Shown here in pieces: positions 49,352-59,637 of a stretch of DNA of 64,000 nt (position 1 is its first letter; every line of letters starts with the position of its first letter). The notes beneath the pieces were generated by a model that had not been told where the DNA came from, did not search any database, and worked only from the letters and a program-made list of their open reading frames with translations. The position numbers and the translations under genes are program-made. The DNA is from Terrimicrobiaceae bacterium (GTDB lineage Bacteria > Verrucomicrobiota > Verrucomicrobiia > Chthoniobacterales > Terrimicrobiaceae). The stretch spans positions 64,001 to 128,000 of the forward strand of contig JBGSVZ010000085.1 of the NCBI GenBank assembly GCA_041752695.1, in the 5' to 3' direction.

Positions 49352-50127
49352 ACGGAAAACTTTCCTCCGACGATGCCCGCGCCATCATCCGTCTCCTGGG
49401 CGAGGTTTGCGCCCTGCCCGACGACCACGAGGGCAAGAAACGCCACCTCATGGAAGGCCTTTGCGATCTGGTCGATGCTGACTTCTGGGCCTGGGTGCTA
49501 GCCGCCGAACTCGAACCCGGCAAATTCCCCGTCTATGTTGGTTTTCTCAGCGGACGGTTCTCCGACCAACTCCTCGCTGAATTCCTCCAGATCCAGGCTC
49601 ACCCGGAAATGATCGGATGGACGGTCCCGCTGGCCGCCCAAATGCACGCAGTGGGCCGCCTCGTCACCCGCAATGTTCAGGACCAATTTGACTATCAGGC
49701 CTTCCTCGACTCCGAGTCCGGCCAATGGTGGAGCCGTGCCGGCATCGAGCCCCGGTGCATCGCCTTCCGTCCCATGCCCGACGGAGCTGCCACCGGCGTG
49801 GGCCTCTATCGCAAGACCGGACGCCCTCTTTTCACCGAACGCGACGCCCGCATCATGCACATCCTGCTGGCCGAGGTTCCCTGGCTCCATGAAATGGGAT
49901 GGCCTGAAGACCGATGCGCAAAAATCCCGACTCTCTCGCCGCGTTGCTGGCTCGTTCATGAGATGCTCCTTCAGGGTTACAGCCGCCCGCAGATCGCCGG
50001 TCACCTTCGCCTTTCATCTCACACCGTGAACGACTACGTGAAAACAATCTATAGCCACCTGGGCGTGCGCTCTCAGCCCGAGCTCATCGCCCGATTTCGC
50101 AAGGGCGATGGCGGAGACAGAGCCTAA
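49348..50127 (+). CDS. LuxR-type HTH regulator, paralogue of the preceding gene
   Basis: DARAIIRLLGEV; EVPWLH; LSPR...GYSRPQIAGHLRLSSHTVNDYVK; GDGGD tail. Confidence 0.9.
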   Translation: MNGKLSSDDARAIIRLLGEVCALPDDHEGKKRHLMEGLCDLVDADFWAWVLAAELEPGKFPVYVGFLSGRFSDQLLAEFLQIQAHPEMIGWTVPLAAQMHAVGRLVTRNVQDQFDYQAFLDSESGQWWSRAGIEPRCIAFRPMPDGAATGVGLYRKTGRPLFTERDARIMHILLAEVPWLHEMGWPEDRCAKIPTLSPRCWLVHEMLLQGYSRPQIAGHLRLSSHTVNDYVKTIYSHLGVRSQPELIARFRKGDGGDRA

Positions 50128-50271
50128 AGACGCCTCTCGCAAAGGGTAAAGGGAGGAGATTTTTTCATCCTGTGCAAGCGTGAGGTCCCGGCTAATAGGT
50201 TGCCGCGCGGCCACTTTGGTGAATTTGCCTGTGACCCGTCGGACCGCCGTCCCCTCCCGACCCGCTCCGAC

Positions 50272-50286
50272 CCCCACAATATGGGG
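50272..50286. promoter_or_regulatory. CCCC-N7-GGGG palindrome downstream of the LuxR cluster (putative operator)
   Basis: ccccacaatatgggg with an AT-rich core. Confidence 0.4.
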
Positions 50287-50456
50287 AATAGACACTGGCA
50301 ACTTTCCTCAGGCAAGGTCACCCAGCATGGAATGCTCGGGCAATTGGAACAATGGAAGCAACAGTGGCACCTTTTCCGCCAACCGTCTCATGGAAGGCCG
50401 CGTGCTTAGTATTCCAGGTGCCTTAGCCCTGCTCTTGCAACGACGCTGCCTGGGAA

Positions 50457-50642
50457 ATGCCTGATCGAGCAGATAGTTTTGGCGTAGTCCTCATTCTGGG
50501 CGTCGGCCTGGCGCTTTTGATTGCCCGCACGGCCTATCGGATCTGGAAGTTTTCCAGAACAAATTCTTGGCGATGTGATGCAGACCCAGAAGCCTCAAGG
50601 AACGGTCCCTTGGTGACGACAGAACAAGCACACAAGGATTAG
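50457..50642 (+). CDS. Possible small single-TM protein or gene remnant
   Basis: 61 aa; hydrophobic FGVVLILGVGLALLIA followed by basic residues. Confidence 0.3.
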   Translation: MPDRADSFGVVLILGVGLALLIARTAYRIWKFSRTNSWRCDADPEASRNGPLVTTEQAHKD

Positions 50643-50751
50643 GTATCGCGTCAACCCATGGATGGTGGGAAGCGCGGGACAAACATCCCTCCGGAGGAAC
50701 ACCCTTCTTCCGGTGGGGGGATCCTGAACGTTACCGGCGGCAGGAGCGCCG

Positions 50752-51075
50752 TTACCAGCGGATCACCGGCACGTAAAACCGCTGGCGGCGCTGGCCGTCA
50801 TGGTACCCGCTGGCATAGCCTTTGTAGTATCCGTCGACGTAGCCCAGCATGTAGGCACCCCGACCCTGGTCGATCTTCACGCGGTAGCGGTTGCCTTTCT
50901 TACCGTCGAAAAAGCCGTAGCGATAACCCCCGCTGTACCCATCATCGAACCCCGCGCGGTACTTGGCCTCCTTGTGATAGGGTCCGGCCTGCGCGGTGGA
51001 AACGGGGGCGACGACCGCGGCAAACGCGCCGAGGGCGATGAGAAGGGCGGTGGGTAGAAGGAGGAGACGTTTCAT
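50752..51075 (-). CDS. Small secreted Gly/Tyr-rich repeat protein
   Basis: Signal peptide ending AQA; two G-x3-G runs (GFDDGYSGGYRYGFFDG; GYVDGYYKGYASGYHDG). Confidence 0.75.
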   Translation of the reverse strand: MKRLLLLPTALLIALGAFAAVVAPVSTAQAGPYHKEAKYRAGFDDGYSGGYRYGFFDGKKGNRYRVKIDQGRGAYMLGYVDGYYKGYASGYHDGQRRQRFYVPVIRW

Positions 51076-51167
51076 AATTTATGAGTTCAATCGGGTTGTA
51101 GGTGGAAGTGGATCGCTGCGCAAGGAACGATCGGTTGGATCTAAAACGTTGGCCGACCCCGAAATAT

Positions 51168-52445
51168 TCAGACTCCTAGGGCAATTTTCAGCGCCTCTTC
51201 GGCCACTCGCGCGGTTTCGGCGATGTCCTCCGGACCATGCGCCAGCGATAGGAAGCCGGCTTCGTATTGGGAAGGGGCGAAGTAGACGCCGCGTTCCAGG
51301 CAGGCGTGGAAATACCGGGCGAAGGCCGCGGTGTCACTGCGTTTCGCGTCGGCAAGATTGCGAATTGGCCCCTCGCAGAAATAGAGGCAAAACATGGAGC
51401 CAATGCGCTGGAAGGTGAGAGGTTTGCCCGCAATGGCAAACCGCACGCGATCTTCAAATTCCTGTCCGATTTCCTCCAAATGCGACCAGCCGCCGAGTTT
51501 GATCATCTCTCCGAGCTGCGCCAGTCCCGCTGCCATGGCCACGGGATTTCCGGAAAGGGTGCCGGCCTGATAGACGGGGCCGTCCGGCGAAAGGTGATCC
51601 ATAATTTCCGCCCGCCCGCCAAACGCCCCCACGGGCAACCCCCCGCCGATCACCTTGCCCATCGCGCTCAGATCAGGCGTGATGTCAAAAATCTCCTGAG
51701 CGCCACCCGGCGCGAGACGAAAGCCCGTCATGACCTCGTCGAAGATGAGCAGCGCACCGTCGTCAGTGCAGAGTTCACGAAGCGCCTCCAGGAATCCTGG
51801 CTCCGGCAGGTAGAGTCCGGCGTTGGCCGGAACCGGCTCCAGGATGATGGCGGCGATCTCTCCGGGGTTGGCCGCAAAGGCCGCCCGCACGGCGGCGAGG
51901 TCGTTGAAAGGAACGGTCAGCGTCAGGTTGGCCAGAGCGGCTGGCACCCCGGCGCTGTCCGGCGTGCCGTGGGTGAGCGCTCCGCTCCCGGCTTTCACCA
52001 GCAGGGAATCCACATGACCGTGGTAGCAGCCTTCGAATTTGAGGATTTTTTCGCGTCCGGTGAACCCTCTCGCCAGTCGCACACAGCTCATGGTTGCCTC
52101 GGTGCCGCTGTTGACCATGCGGACTTTCTCGACCGATGGCACCAGGGTGCAAATCGTGCGGGCCATTTCGACCTCGAACGGATTGGGAATGCCAAAGCTG
52201 AGGCCGTGCGAGGCCGTCGCGCAGACGGCGGCGATGACCGCATCGGGAGCATGGCCCAGAATGGCGGGACCCCAGGTTCCGACATAATCAATCAACTCCC
52301 GCCCTTCGAACGTGGTGATGCGGCACCCCTCGGCAGAGGTGACAAAAAACGGCTCTCCCCCCACGCCGCGAAAAGCCCGCACGGGGGAATTGACGCCCCC
52401 GGGGATGTGGCGTTTGGCGGCGGAGAACAGTTCGCTCGAGGTCAT
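51168..52445 (-). CDS. hemL: Glutamate-1-semialdehyde 2,1-aminomutase
   Basis: PGGVNSPVRAF, VNSGTEATMS, FDEVMTGFR, GKVIGGGLPVGA, YQAGTLSGNP. Confidence 0.98.
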   Translation of the reverse strand: MTSSELFSAAKRHIPGGVNSPVRAFRGVGGEPFFVTSAEGCRITTFEGRELIDYVGTWGPAILGHAPDAVIAAVCATASHGLSFGIPNPFEVEMARTICTLVPSVEKVRMVNSGTEATMSCVRLARGFTGREKILKFEGCYHGHVDSLLVKAGSGALTHGTPDSAGVPAALANLTLTVPFNDLAAVRAAFAANPGEIAAIILEPVPANAGLYLPEPGFLEALRELCTDDGALLIFDEVMTGFRLAPGGAQEIFDITPDLSAMGKVIGGGLPVGAFGGRAEIMDHLSPDGPVYQAGTLSGNPVAMAAGLAQLGEMIKLGGWSHLEEIGQEFEDRVRFAIAGKPLTFQRIGSMFCLYFCEGPIRNLADAKRSDTAAFARYFHACLERGVYFAPSQYEAGFLSLAHGPEDIAETARVAEEALKIALGV

Positions 52446-52490
52446 GAGGGATTCAAACCCCCGAATCCCCCGACTGACAATGGGGAAATC

Positions 52491-52507
52491 TTTATGAAAT
52501 CTTTACA
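52491..52507 (+). promoter_or_regulatory. KdpE-binding-site-like direct repeat
   Basis: TTTATG-AAATC-TTTACA, 11-bp period, upstream of kdpA; resembles E. coli TTTATA-N5-TTTACA. Confidence 0.75.
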
Positions 52508-52563
52508 CCTTTGCCCGGGCCTTTAATTAACGCCCGGACCGGGAGTCGTGGAAGACTGCAAGC

Positions 52564-54243
52564 ATGTCAGCCATCGATCTCCTGCAAGTCGCGCTTTTTA
52601 TCTCGCTCCTCATTCTTCTCACCCCGCCGCTTGGCGCCTACATGGCGAAAGTCCTCGAAGGCCGCCTTGGGTGGCTTGGACCCCTGGAACGCAGCATCTA
52701 TCGCCTCATCGGGGTGGACCCCACCCGGGAGATGACCTGGCGCGGATATACTGCGGCGCTGATGACGTTTAACCTCCTGGGATTTCTGGTGCTTCTCGCT
52801 ATCCTTCTTGGTCAGGGTGCACTGCCCCTCAATCCCCAGGGCGTTCCCGGAATGAAATTCCCCCTCGCGTTCAATACTGCGATCAGTTTCATGACGAATA
52901 CGAACTGGCAGGGCTACTCCGGTGAGGCGGCGTTGAGTTACTTCAGCCAGATGATCGGGCTGAATTTTCAGAACTTTGTCAGTGCCGCGACAGGATTCGC
53001 CGCTTTTGCCGCGGTCGCCCGAGGATTCGCCCGGCATTCTACGAATACGCTCGGGAATTTCTGGGCCGATCTTGTGCGCAGCACGCTCTACATTTTGCTG
53101 CCCCTCAGCATCTTGCTCGCGGTGATTTTGGTCAGCCAGGGGGTCGTGCAAAATTTTTCGTCCTATGTGACGGCGACGACTGTCGAAGGTGCCGAGCAGG
53201 TGATCCCGCAGGGTCCGGCCGCTTCGCAGATTGCGATCAAACAGCTGGGCACGAACGGCGGAGGATTTTTCGGGGTCAACAGTGCCCACCCCTTTGAAAA
53301 TCCGACGCCGCTCAGCAATTTTCTTCAGCTCCTCGCGATTCTCTTACTGCCAGCCGCGCTCACTGGCACGTTCGGCATGATGGTGGGTGACCGCCGCCAG
53401 GGCTGGGTGCTTTTTGCCGCCATGCTGGTGCTCTTCCTCGGCGGGCTGACGGTGAGTTGGTGGGCCGAGGCGCAGCCTAATCCCGTGACCCAGCTCACGC
53501 AGAATATGGAGGGCAAGGAACAGCGTTTCGGCGTGATGAACAGCGTGCTCTGGTCCACCGCCACGACCGCGGCGTCGAATGGTTCGGTCAATGCCATGCA
53601 CGACAGCCTCTCTCCTCTGGCGGGCGGCGTCGCGATCTTCAACATGATGCTGGGCGAAATCATCTTCGGCGGCGTGGGCTGCGGCCTCTACGGCATGCTG
53701 ATGTATGTGCTGCTCACCGTGTTTATCGCGGGTCTCATGGTGGGACGGACACCGGAATACCTCGGCAAGAAAATCGAAGCCTACGAAATGCGTCTGGCCA
53801 TTCTGGTGCTCCTCGTGCCCAGCGCCCTACTTCTGGCCGGCACGGCGATCGCTTGCCTCTATCCAACCGCTCTCGCCAGCCTGGCCAACAATGGGGCGCA
53901 CGGGTTCAGCGAAATTCTCTACGCCTTCAGTTCGGCCAGTGGAAACAACGGCAGTGCCTTCGCGGGGCTCACGGTGGACACCCCTTTTTACAACTACGCC
54001 CTCGGCATCTGCATGTTCGTCGGCCGGTTCATCTGTCTCATTCCCGTCCTCGCCATTGCCGGTTCGGTTGCCGCCAAAAAAACCTCGCCGTTCTCGGGCG
54101 GAACATTTCCGACGACCGGGGTGACCTTTGTCATCCTGCTGCTTGGCACCATTCTCATCGTCGGTGCGCTCACCCATCTGCCCGCCCTCGCTCTGGGCCC
54201 CATCGCCGACCACCTCCTGATGCTGCAGGGACGTACTTTTTAA
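52564..54243 (+). CDS. kdpA: K+-transporting ATPase subunit A
   Basis: NTNWQ, LGTNGGGFF, ASNGSVN, GNNGSAFAG filter motifs. Confidence 0.98.
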   Translation: MSAIDLLQVALFISLLILLTPPLGAYMAKVLEGRLGWLGPLERSIYRLIGVDPTREMTWRGYTAALMTFNLLGFLVLLAILLGQGALPLNPQGVPGMKFPLAFNTAISFMTNTNWQGYSGEAALSYFSQMIGLNFQNFVSAATGFAAFAAVARGFARHSTNTLGNFWADLVRSTLYILLPLSILLAVILVSQGVVQNFSSYVTATTVEGAEQVIPQGPAASQIAIKQLGTNGGGFFGVNSAHPFENPTPLSNFLQLLAILLLPAALTGTFGMMVGDRRQGWVLFAAMLVLFLGGLTVSWWAEAQPNPVTQLTQNMEGKEQRFGVMNSVLWSTATTAASNGSVNAMHDSLSPLAGGVAIFNMMLGEIIFGGVGCGLYGMLMYVLLTVFIAGLMVGRTPEYLGKKIEAYEMRLAILVLLVPSALLLAGTAIACLYPTALASLANNGAHGFSEILYAFSSASGNNGSAFAGLTVDTPFYNYALGICMFVGRFICLIPVLAIAGSVAAKKTSPFSGGTFPTTGVTFVILLLGTILIVGALTHLPALALGPIADHLLMLQGRTF

Positions 54244-54276
54244 CCGTCACGTAATCACTTAACCAAATTTTAGAAA

Positions 54277-56334
54277 ATGACTTCCACCTTCAATCGCAAG
54301 CTTCTGATCACCGCACTGCGGGACGCGTTCCTCAAATTCGACCCGCGCGAACAGATCAAAAATCCCGTCATGTTCGTCGTCTTTCTCGGCGCCATCTGGG
54401 CCACGGTCGAACTGGCCCGGGACTTCAGCGCCTTCAATGTCCAGATCGTGCTCTGGCTTTGGTTCACGGTCCTCTTTGCCAATTTTGCGGAGGCCGTCGC
54501 CGAAGGACGCGGCAAGGCGCAGGCGGAATCGCTGCGCAAAACCCGCACGCAAACCAATGCGCGCCGCCTTGTTGATGGGAAGGAATCCGTCGTGAACGCC
54601 ACCGAACTGCGCAAGGCCGACCTGGTGGTTTGCGAAGCCGGTGACGTGATTCCCGCCGACGGGGATGTCGTCGAAGGCGTCGCCAGCGTGGACGAAGCCG
54701 CGATCACCGGGGAATCGGCCCCTGTCATCCGCGAGAGCGGCGGGGACCATTGCGCCGTCACCGGAGGCACGCGTGTGCTCTCCGACCGCATCGTCATCCA
54801 GGTCAGTGCCGAGCCTGGCGGTGGTTTTATTGACCGCATGATCGCGATGGTCGAAGGCGCCAGCCGCCAACGCACCCCCAACGAGATCGCGCTGGGCATT
54901 CTTCTGGTCGCCATCACCGCGCTGTTCCTGCTGGTTGTGATCACCCTTCCGGCTTTCACCCGCTACAGCGAACAGGCGGCGGGCCAGCCGGCCGGCATCG
55001 TGAATCTTTCCGGTCCCATCCTCGTCGCGCTCCTGGTCTGTCTCATTCCGACAACCATCGGCGCATTGCTCAGCGCCATCGGCATCAGCGGCATTGACCG
55101 CATGATCCGACGCAATGTCATCGCGACCAGCGGTCGCGCGGTCGAGGCGGCGGGCGACATTGATGTGCTCCTGCTCGACAAGACCGGCACGATCACCCTT
55201 GGGAACCGCCAGGCCGTCGCCTTCCTGCCCGCTCCGGGCATCGAGGAGCGTCAACTCGCCGAGGCCGCCCAACTGGCATCCCTCACCGACGAAACGCCCG
55301 AGGGCCGTTCCATCGTCGTCCTGGCCAAGGAACAGCACGGCCTGCGCGCGCCCGATGCAACCGGCCACCACGCGACTTTTGTACCGTTCACGGCCCAGAC
55401 GCGCATGAGTGGCGTGGATTTCGCGGATACCGGACGGACCATCCGCAAGGGCGCGGCCGAGTCCGTGGCGACCTGGGTGAAAGCCCAGGGCGGTCAGGTC
55501 CCCGACGCCGTCCTTCGGATTGCCGAAACCGTTGCCACGGGCGGTGGAACCCCGCTCATGGTTGCGGAAAACGGTGCCATCCTCGGCGTCGTGCAGCTCA
55601 AGGATATCGTGAAAGGCGGCATCAAGGAACGTTTCAGCCAGCTCCGCAAAATGGGCATTCGCACCGTGATGATCACCGGGGACAACCCCCTCACGGCCGC
55701 CTCCATCGCCGCCGAAGCCGGCGTGGACGATTTCATGGCCGAGGCCACACCCGAACAGAAGCTTGCCCGCATCCGCCAGGAACAGGCGGCCGGACATCTT
55801 GTCGCCATGACGGGTGACGGCACCAATGACGCGCCCGCCCTCGCGCAGGCCGATGTGGGCGTCGCCATGAACACCGGCACGCAGGCGGCGCGCGAGGCCG
55901 GCAACATGGTGGACCTCGATAGCAACCCGACCAAACTCATTGAGGTTGTCGAGATTGGCAAACAGCTCCTCATGACCCGAGGCGCCCTGACCACCTTCAG
56001 CATTGCCAACGATGTGGCGAAGTATTTTGCCATCCTGCCCGCGATGTTCGCCGTGCTGTATGCCGCCGATGGTGCGGCAAACGGACCGCTCGCCGCCTTC
56101 AACATCATGGGGCTGCACTCCCCACAGAGCGCCATCCTGAGCGCCGTCATTTTTAATGCGCTCATCATTGTGGTGCTGATCCCGCTCGCCCTGCGCGGCG
56201 TCACCTATCGCGCCACCGGCGCGGTGCAGGTCCTGATCCGCAACGCCCTCATTTACGGCCTGGGCGGCGTCATCGCGCCCTTTATCGGTATCAAACTCAT
56301 CGACCTTGCTTTGGTCGCCCTTCACCTCGCCTGA
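54277..56334 (+). CDS. kdpB: K+-transporting ATPase subunit B
   Basis: TGES, DKTGT, KGA, TGD, GDGTND. Confidence 0.98.
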   Translation: MTSTFNRKLLITALRDAFLKFDPREQIKNPVMFVVFLGAIWATVELARDFSAFNVQIVLWLWFTVLFANFAEAVAEGRGKAQAESLRKTRTQTNARRLVDGKESVVNATELRKADLVVCEAGDVIPADGDVVEGVASVDEAAITGESAPVIRESGGDHCAVTGGTRVLSDRIVIQVSAEPGGGFIDRMIAMVEGASRQRTPNEIALGILLVAITALFLLVVITLPAFTRYSEQAAGQPAGIVNLSGPILVALLVCLIPTTIGALLSAIGISGIDRMIRRNVIATSGRAVEAAGDIDVLLLDKTGTITLGNRQAVAFLPAPGIEERQLAEAAQLASLTDETPEGRSIVVLAKEQHGLRAPDATGHHATFVPFTAQTRMSGVDFADTGRTIRKGAAESVATWVKAQGGQVPDAVLRIAETVATGGGTPLMVAENGAILGVVQLKDIVKGGIKERFSQLRKMGIRTVMITGDNPLTAASIAAEAGVDDFMAEATPEQKLARIRQEQAAGHLVAMTGDGTNDAPALAQADVGVAMNTGTQAAREAGNMVDLDSNPTKLIEVVEIGKQLLMTRGALTTFSIANDVAKYFAILPAMFAVLYAADGAANGPLAAFNIMGLHSPQSAILSAVIFNALIIVVLIPLALRGVTYRATGAVQVLIRNALIYGLGGVIAPFIGIKLIDLALVALHLA

Positions 56335-56346
56335 TTTTTTACTGCC

Positions 56347-56892
56347 ATGATCAAAGACATCCTGTCCTCCATCCGTGCCATTCTTGTGCTCACCATCGTG
56401 ACCTGTGTGGCTTACCCTCTGCTCATCACCGTCATCGGCCAGCTGGCGTTTCCGTTCCAGGCCAACGGCAGCCTGGTCAAGACGGGCGAAACGGTGAACG
56501 GCTCCATCCTGCTGGCCCAGAAGTTCACGGAGCCGAAATACTTCTGGCCGCGCCCTTCCGCCGCCGATTACGGCACGGTCGCATCCGGTGCCAGCAACCA
56601 GGGATTTACCAGCAGGAAGCTCGCTGACGCGGTGGCGGAACGCCGTGTCACGTTTGGAGCCGATGCGCCCGCAGATCTCCTGACAGCCTCAGGCAGCGGT
56701 TTGGATCCCGACATCTCCCCTGAAGCGGCCCGTGCGCAGATTGTGCGTGTCGCCGCCGCCCGAGCGTGTTCGGCCGAAAAAGTGCTCACGCTGGTTGATT
56801 CGCTCGTTCAGCCCCCCCAATTCGGCTTTCTCGGGGAGGCCCGGGTGAACGTTTTGACGCTCAATCTCGCGCTGGACGCCGCCCAAAATTGA
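56347..56892 (+). CDS. kdpC: K+-transporting ATPase subunit C
   Basis: [37 protein letters not shown]. Confidence 0.97.
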   Translation: MIKDILSSIRAILVLTIVTCVAYPLLITVIGQLAFPFQANGSLVKTGETVNGSILLAQKFTEPKYFWPRPSAADYGTVASGASNQGFTSRKLADAVAERRVTFGADAPADLLTASGSGLDPDISPEAARAQIVRVAAARACSAEKVLTLVDSLVQPPQFGFLGEARVNVLTLNLALDAAQN

Positions 56893-56909
56893 GCGTCGGG
56901 GCTTTGCGT

Positions 56910-56930
56910 TGGAGTCCAGCCTTTAGGCTG
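56910..56930 (+). repeat. Single REP-like hairpin between kdpC and kdpD
   Basis: tggagtc followed by cagcct-tt-aggctg. Confidence 0.45.
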
Positions 56931-56994
56931 TCCGGCACCGAACAGACGGAAGCTTGGCCTAAGGTCTTCCCTGTTCTATCTTCGTTGACGTCCC

Positions 56995-59637
56995 ATGAAC
57001 GACACGCGACCTGATCCCGATGCACTTCTCGCTGCATTGAATGCGGAGCAGGAAAATTTGTCGCGCGGACAGCTGAAGATTTTCCTCGGGATGTGTCCCG
57101 GCGTGGGCAAAACCTATGCCATGTTGCTGGACGCCCAGCAGCGCCAGGAAGAGGGCAAGGAGGTGGTGATCGGCGTGATTGAAACGCACGGCCGCATCGA
57201 GACTCAGGCCCTCACCGCCGGGATCGCTCGCATCCCGAAACGCAAGATCGAACATCGCGGCGTGGTCTTGGAGGAAATGGATCTTGATGCCATCCTCGCG
57301 CGGAAGCCGGACATTGTCCTGGTGGACGAACTCGCCCATTCCAACGTCGCGGGTGGCCGGCATCCCAAGCGCTACCAGGATGTTTTCGAACTGCTGGACG
57401 CGGGGATCGATGTTTACACCACCCTCAACGTCCAGCACATCGAGAGCCACCGGGACATCGTCACCCAGATCACCGGAGCGCCGATGAACGAAAGTGTTTC
57501 CGATTCGGTGATCGATCGGGCGGACGAAATCGAGTTGATCGATGTCTCGCCGGGTCAGCTCCGCAAGCGTCTCGAGGAAGGAAAAATCTACCTCGGTGAC
57601 CGGGCGGTGACGGCCTCGGATAATTTTTTCCGCGAGGGCAATCTCAAGGCTCTCCGGGAAATCGCCCTGCGCGTCACCGCGGAGCGTGCGGACCGGGAAC
57701 TGCGGGAATTCATGCGTTCCCGCCGCATTCCGGGCCCGTGGAAATCGCGCGAACGTTTCCTTGTGGCCGTGGGCACGAGTCCGTTTTCCGAACATCTCAT
57801 CCGCTGGACCCGGCGCATCGCCACCCTCACTCATGGGGCCTGGACGGCAGTGTTTATCGACACGGGGTCCACTTTGGACGAAGCGGCCAAAGCGCGTCTG
57901 GAAAAAAATCTCACCCTGGCAAGGACGCTGGGGGCTGAGGTGCTCACGGCGGCAGGGGAGGATGTCACCGAGACTCTGCTGCGCGTGGCGAGGGAGCACA
58001 ACGCGTCGCAGATCGTGGTGGGAAAACCGCTCTCCCACCCGTTCCTCGATCTGCTGCGAGGGGGATCCCTGGTGGACAAACTCATTCGCCGCAGCGGAGA
58101 TATTGACGTTTATGTCGTTCGGGCGGAAAAGCAGGCCAAACCCTGGCGACCCGATTTTCGCAGCCTGGGCAGTCCGCGACTTCTTCAAGAGTTTGGGCTG
58201 AGTTGTCTTCTGGTGCTGGTGACAACGGTGGCGGGTTTGGTGCTTCGTCCCGCGATCGGTTACATGGCGGTCGGCCTGTTGTATCTGTTGGGCGTGCTGC
58301 TGGGCTCGATGGTGTTATCGAGGTGGCCCCTGCTGCTGGCGGGCGCGCTCACCGCCCTGGCCTGGAACTTCCTCTTCATCACGCCGTATTACACGTTCTA
58401 TATCAACAACGTCCACGACCTGATCCTGTTTTGCCTGTATTTTGTGGTGGCCCTGGTGATGGGACATCTCAGCGCGAGGCTGCGCCAGCGGGAGCAGGCG
58501 GAGCGGCGCCGCGAGGAACAGGCCACCGCGCTGTATCATTTCAGCCGGGACATCGTGACCTCGCGGTCGCTGGGCGAGGCGATCCGGGAGGGTGTCCGGC
58601 ATATCAATGAGTTGTTTGGCGTCACCGCCACCGTATTGGTCGGCCCTGAATTGGCGCTGGCGGCGGGGGAATCGCTCAATGCCCGTGAAATGGCCGTGGC
58701 GTCCTGGACACTGGAAAAGAAGGAACAGGCCGGACGCTTTACGAACACCCTTCCACAATCCGAGTGCACCTATTTGCCCCTGCGCGCCGGCGATGATGTG
58801 GCGGGGGTGCTGGGACTGCGCGGCCGATCCGCGCTGAGTCTCACCGAACGCCAGTTGCTGGAAACCTTTGCCGCCCAAATTGCCCTGCTGATCGAGCGCG
58901 AACGCCTGATGAAGCAAGCCGAGGCCGTTCGCATCGAGGAAAATTCCCGCCGTCTGCAGAAGACCCTCCTCGACAGCGTCTCGCACGAATTCAAAACCCC
59001 GCTGGCCGTGATTTCCTCCGCCGCGGAAAATCTCGCCGCTCATCCCGATCAGTCCCGAACCTTTGTCGAGGAGATCCGGATCGCCGCGGCGCGTCTCCAT
59101 CGCATCGTGGCCAATCTCCTCGACATCACCCGCATCGAAACCGGGGCTGTCAAACCCCGCTTGGCCTGGTGTGATCTCCGGGAGGTCGCGGAGGACGCCA
59201 TCCTGCGGGTGCGTGATGTATTGCAAGACCGCCCGGTGGAAATTTCTCTCACGGAGGAGGTCAGCGCGTGCCGGCTTGATTCCGGACTGCTGGAGGAAAT
59301 GCTGGGCAATCTTCTCCGTAACGCGGCGCAGCACAGCCCGGCCCACTCTTCCATTGGTCTCTCGGCGCGGAAGGAGGGCGGCGACTTGGTCGTGACGGTG
59401 TCTGACGAGGGTTCCGGACTCTCCACGGACGATGAAGGGCGGGTGTTTGAAAAATTTCATCGCGGTGCCGGTGCGACCCCCGGCGGTCTTGGCCTCGGGC
59501 TTTCCATCGTGCGCGGTTTCGCCGAGGCACAGGGCGGCACGGTTTCGGTCCGTCCGCGCGCCGACGGCCGTCCGGGCGCGGAATTTCAGATCCGGCTTCC
59601 CGTGGAGTCCAAAAGTGCGGAAACCATTGGAGCATGA
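56995..59637 (+). CDS. kdpD: Sensor histidine kinase KdpD
   Basis: GVGKTYAML, VDELAHSN, USP domain, 4 TM, SVSHEFKTPL, GLGLGLSI. Confidence 0.97.
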   Translation: MNDTRPDPDALLAALNAEQENLSRGQLKIFLGMCPGVGKTYAMLLDAQQRQEEGKEVVIGVIETHGRIETQALTAGIARIPKRKIEHRGVVLEEMDLDAILARKPDIVLVDELAHSNVAGGRHPKRYQDVFELLDAGIDVYTTLNVQHIESHRDIVTQITGAPMNESVSDSVIDRADEIELIDVSPGQLRKRLEEGKIYLGDRAVTASDNFFREGNLKALREIALRVTAERADRELREFMRSRRIPGPWKSRERFLVAVGTSPFSEHLIRWTRRIATLTHGAWTAVFIDTGSTLDEAAKARLEKNLTLARTLGAEVLTAAGEDVTETLLRVAREHNASQIVVGKPLSHPFLDLLRGGSLVDKLIRRSGDIDVYVVRAEKQAKPWRPDFRSLGSPRLLQEFGLSCLLVLVTTVAGLVLRPAIGYMAVGLLYLLGVLLGSMVLSRWPLLLAGALTALAWNFLFITPYYTFYINNVHDLILFCLYFVVALVMGHLSARLRQREQAERRREEQATALYHFSRDIVTSRSLGEAIREGVRHINELFGVTATVLVGPELALAAGESLNAREMAVASWTLEKKEQAGRFTNTLPQSECTYLPLRAGDDVAGVLGLRGRSALSLTERQLLETFAAQIALLIERERLMKQAEAVRIEENSRRLQKTLLDSVSHEFKTPLAVISSAAENLAAHPDQSRTFVEEIRIAAARLHRIVANLLDITRIETGAVKPRLAWCDLREVAEDAILRVRDVLQDRPVEISLTEEVSACRLDSGLLEEMLGNLLRNAAQHSPAHSSIGLSARKEGGDLVVTVSDEGSGLSTDDEGRVFEKFHRGAGATPGGLGLGLSIVRGFAEAQGGTVSVRPRADGRPGAEFQIRLPVESKSAETIGA

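Noticed and set aside
47881..50127. Classical AHL quorum-sensing LuxR/LuxI system
   Set aside because: No luxI, and I cannot place the conserved AHL-binding residues in the N-domains
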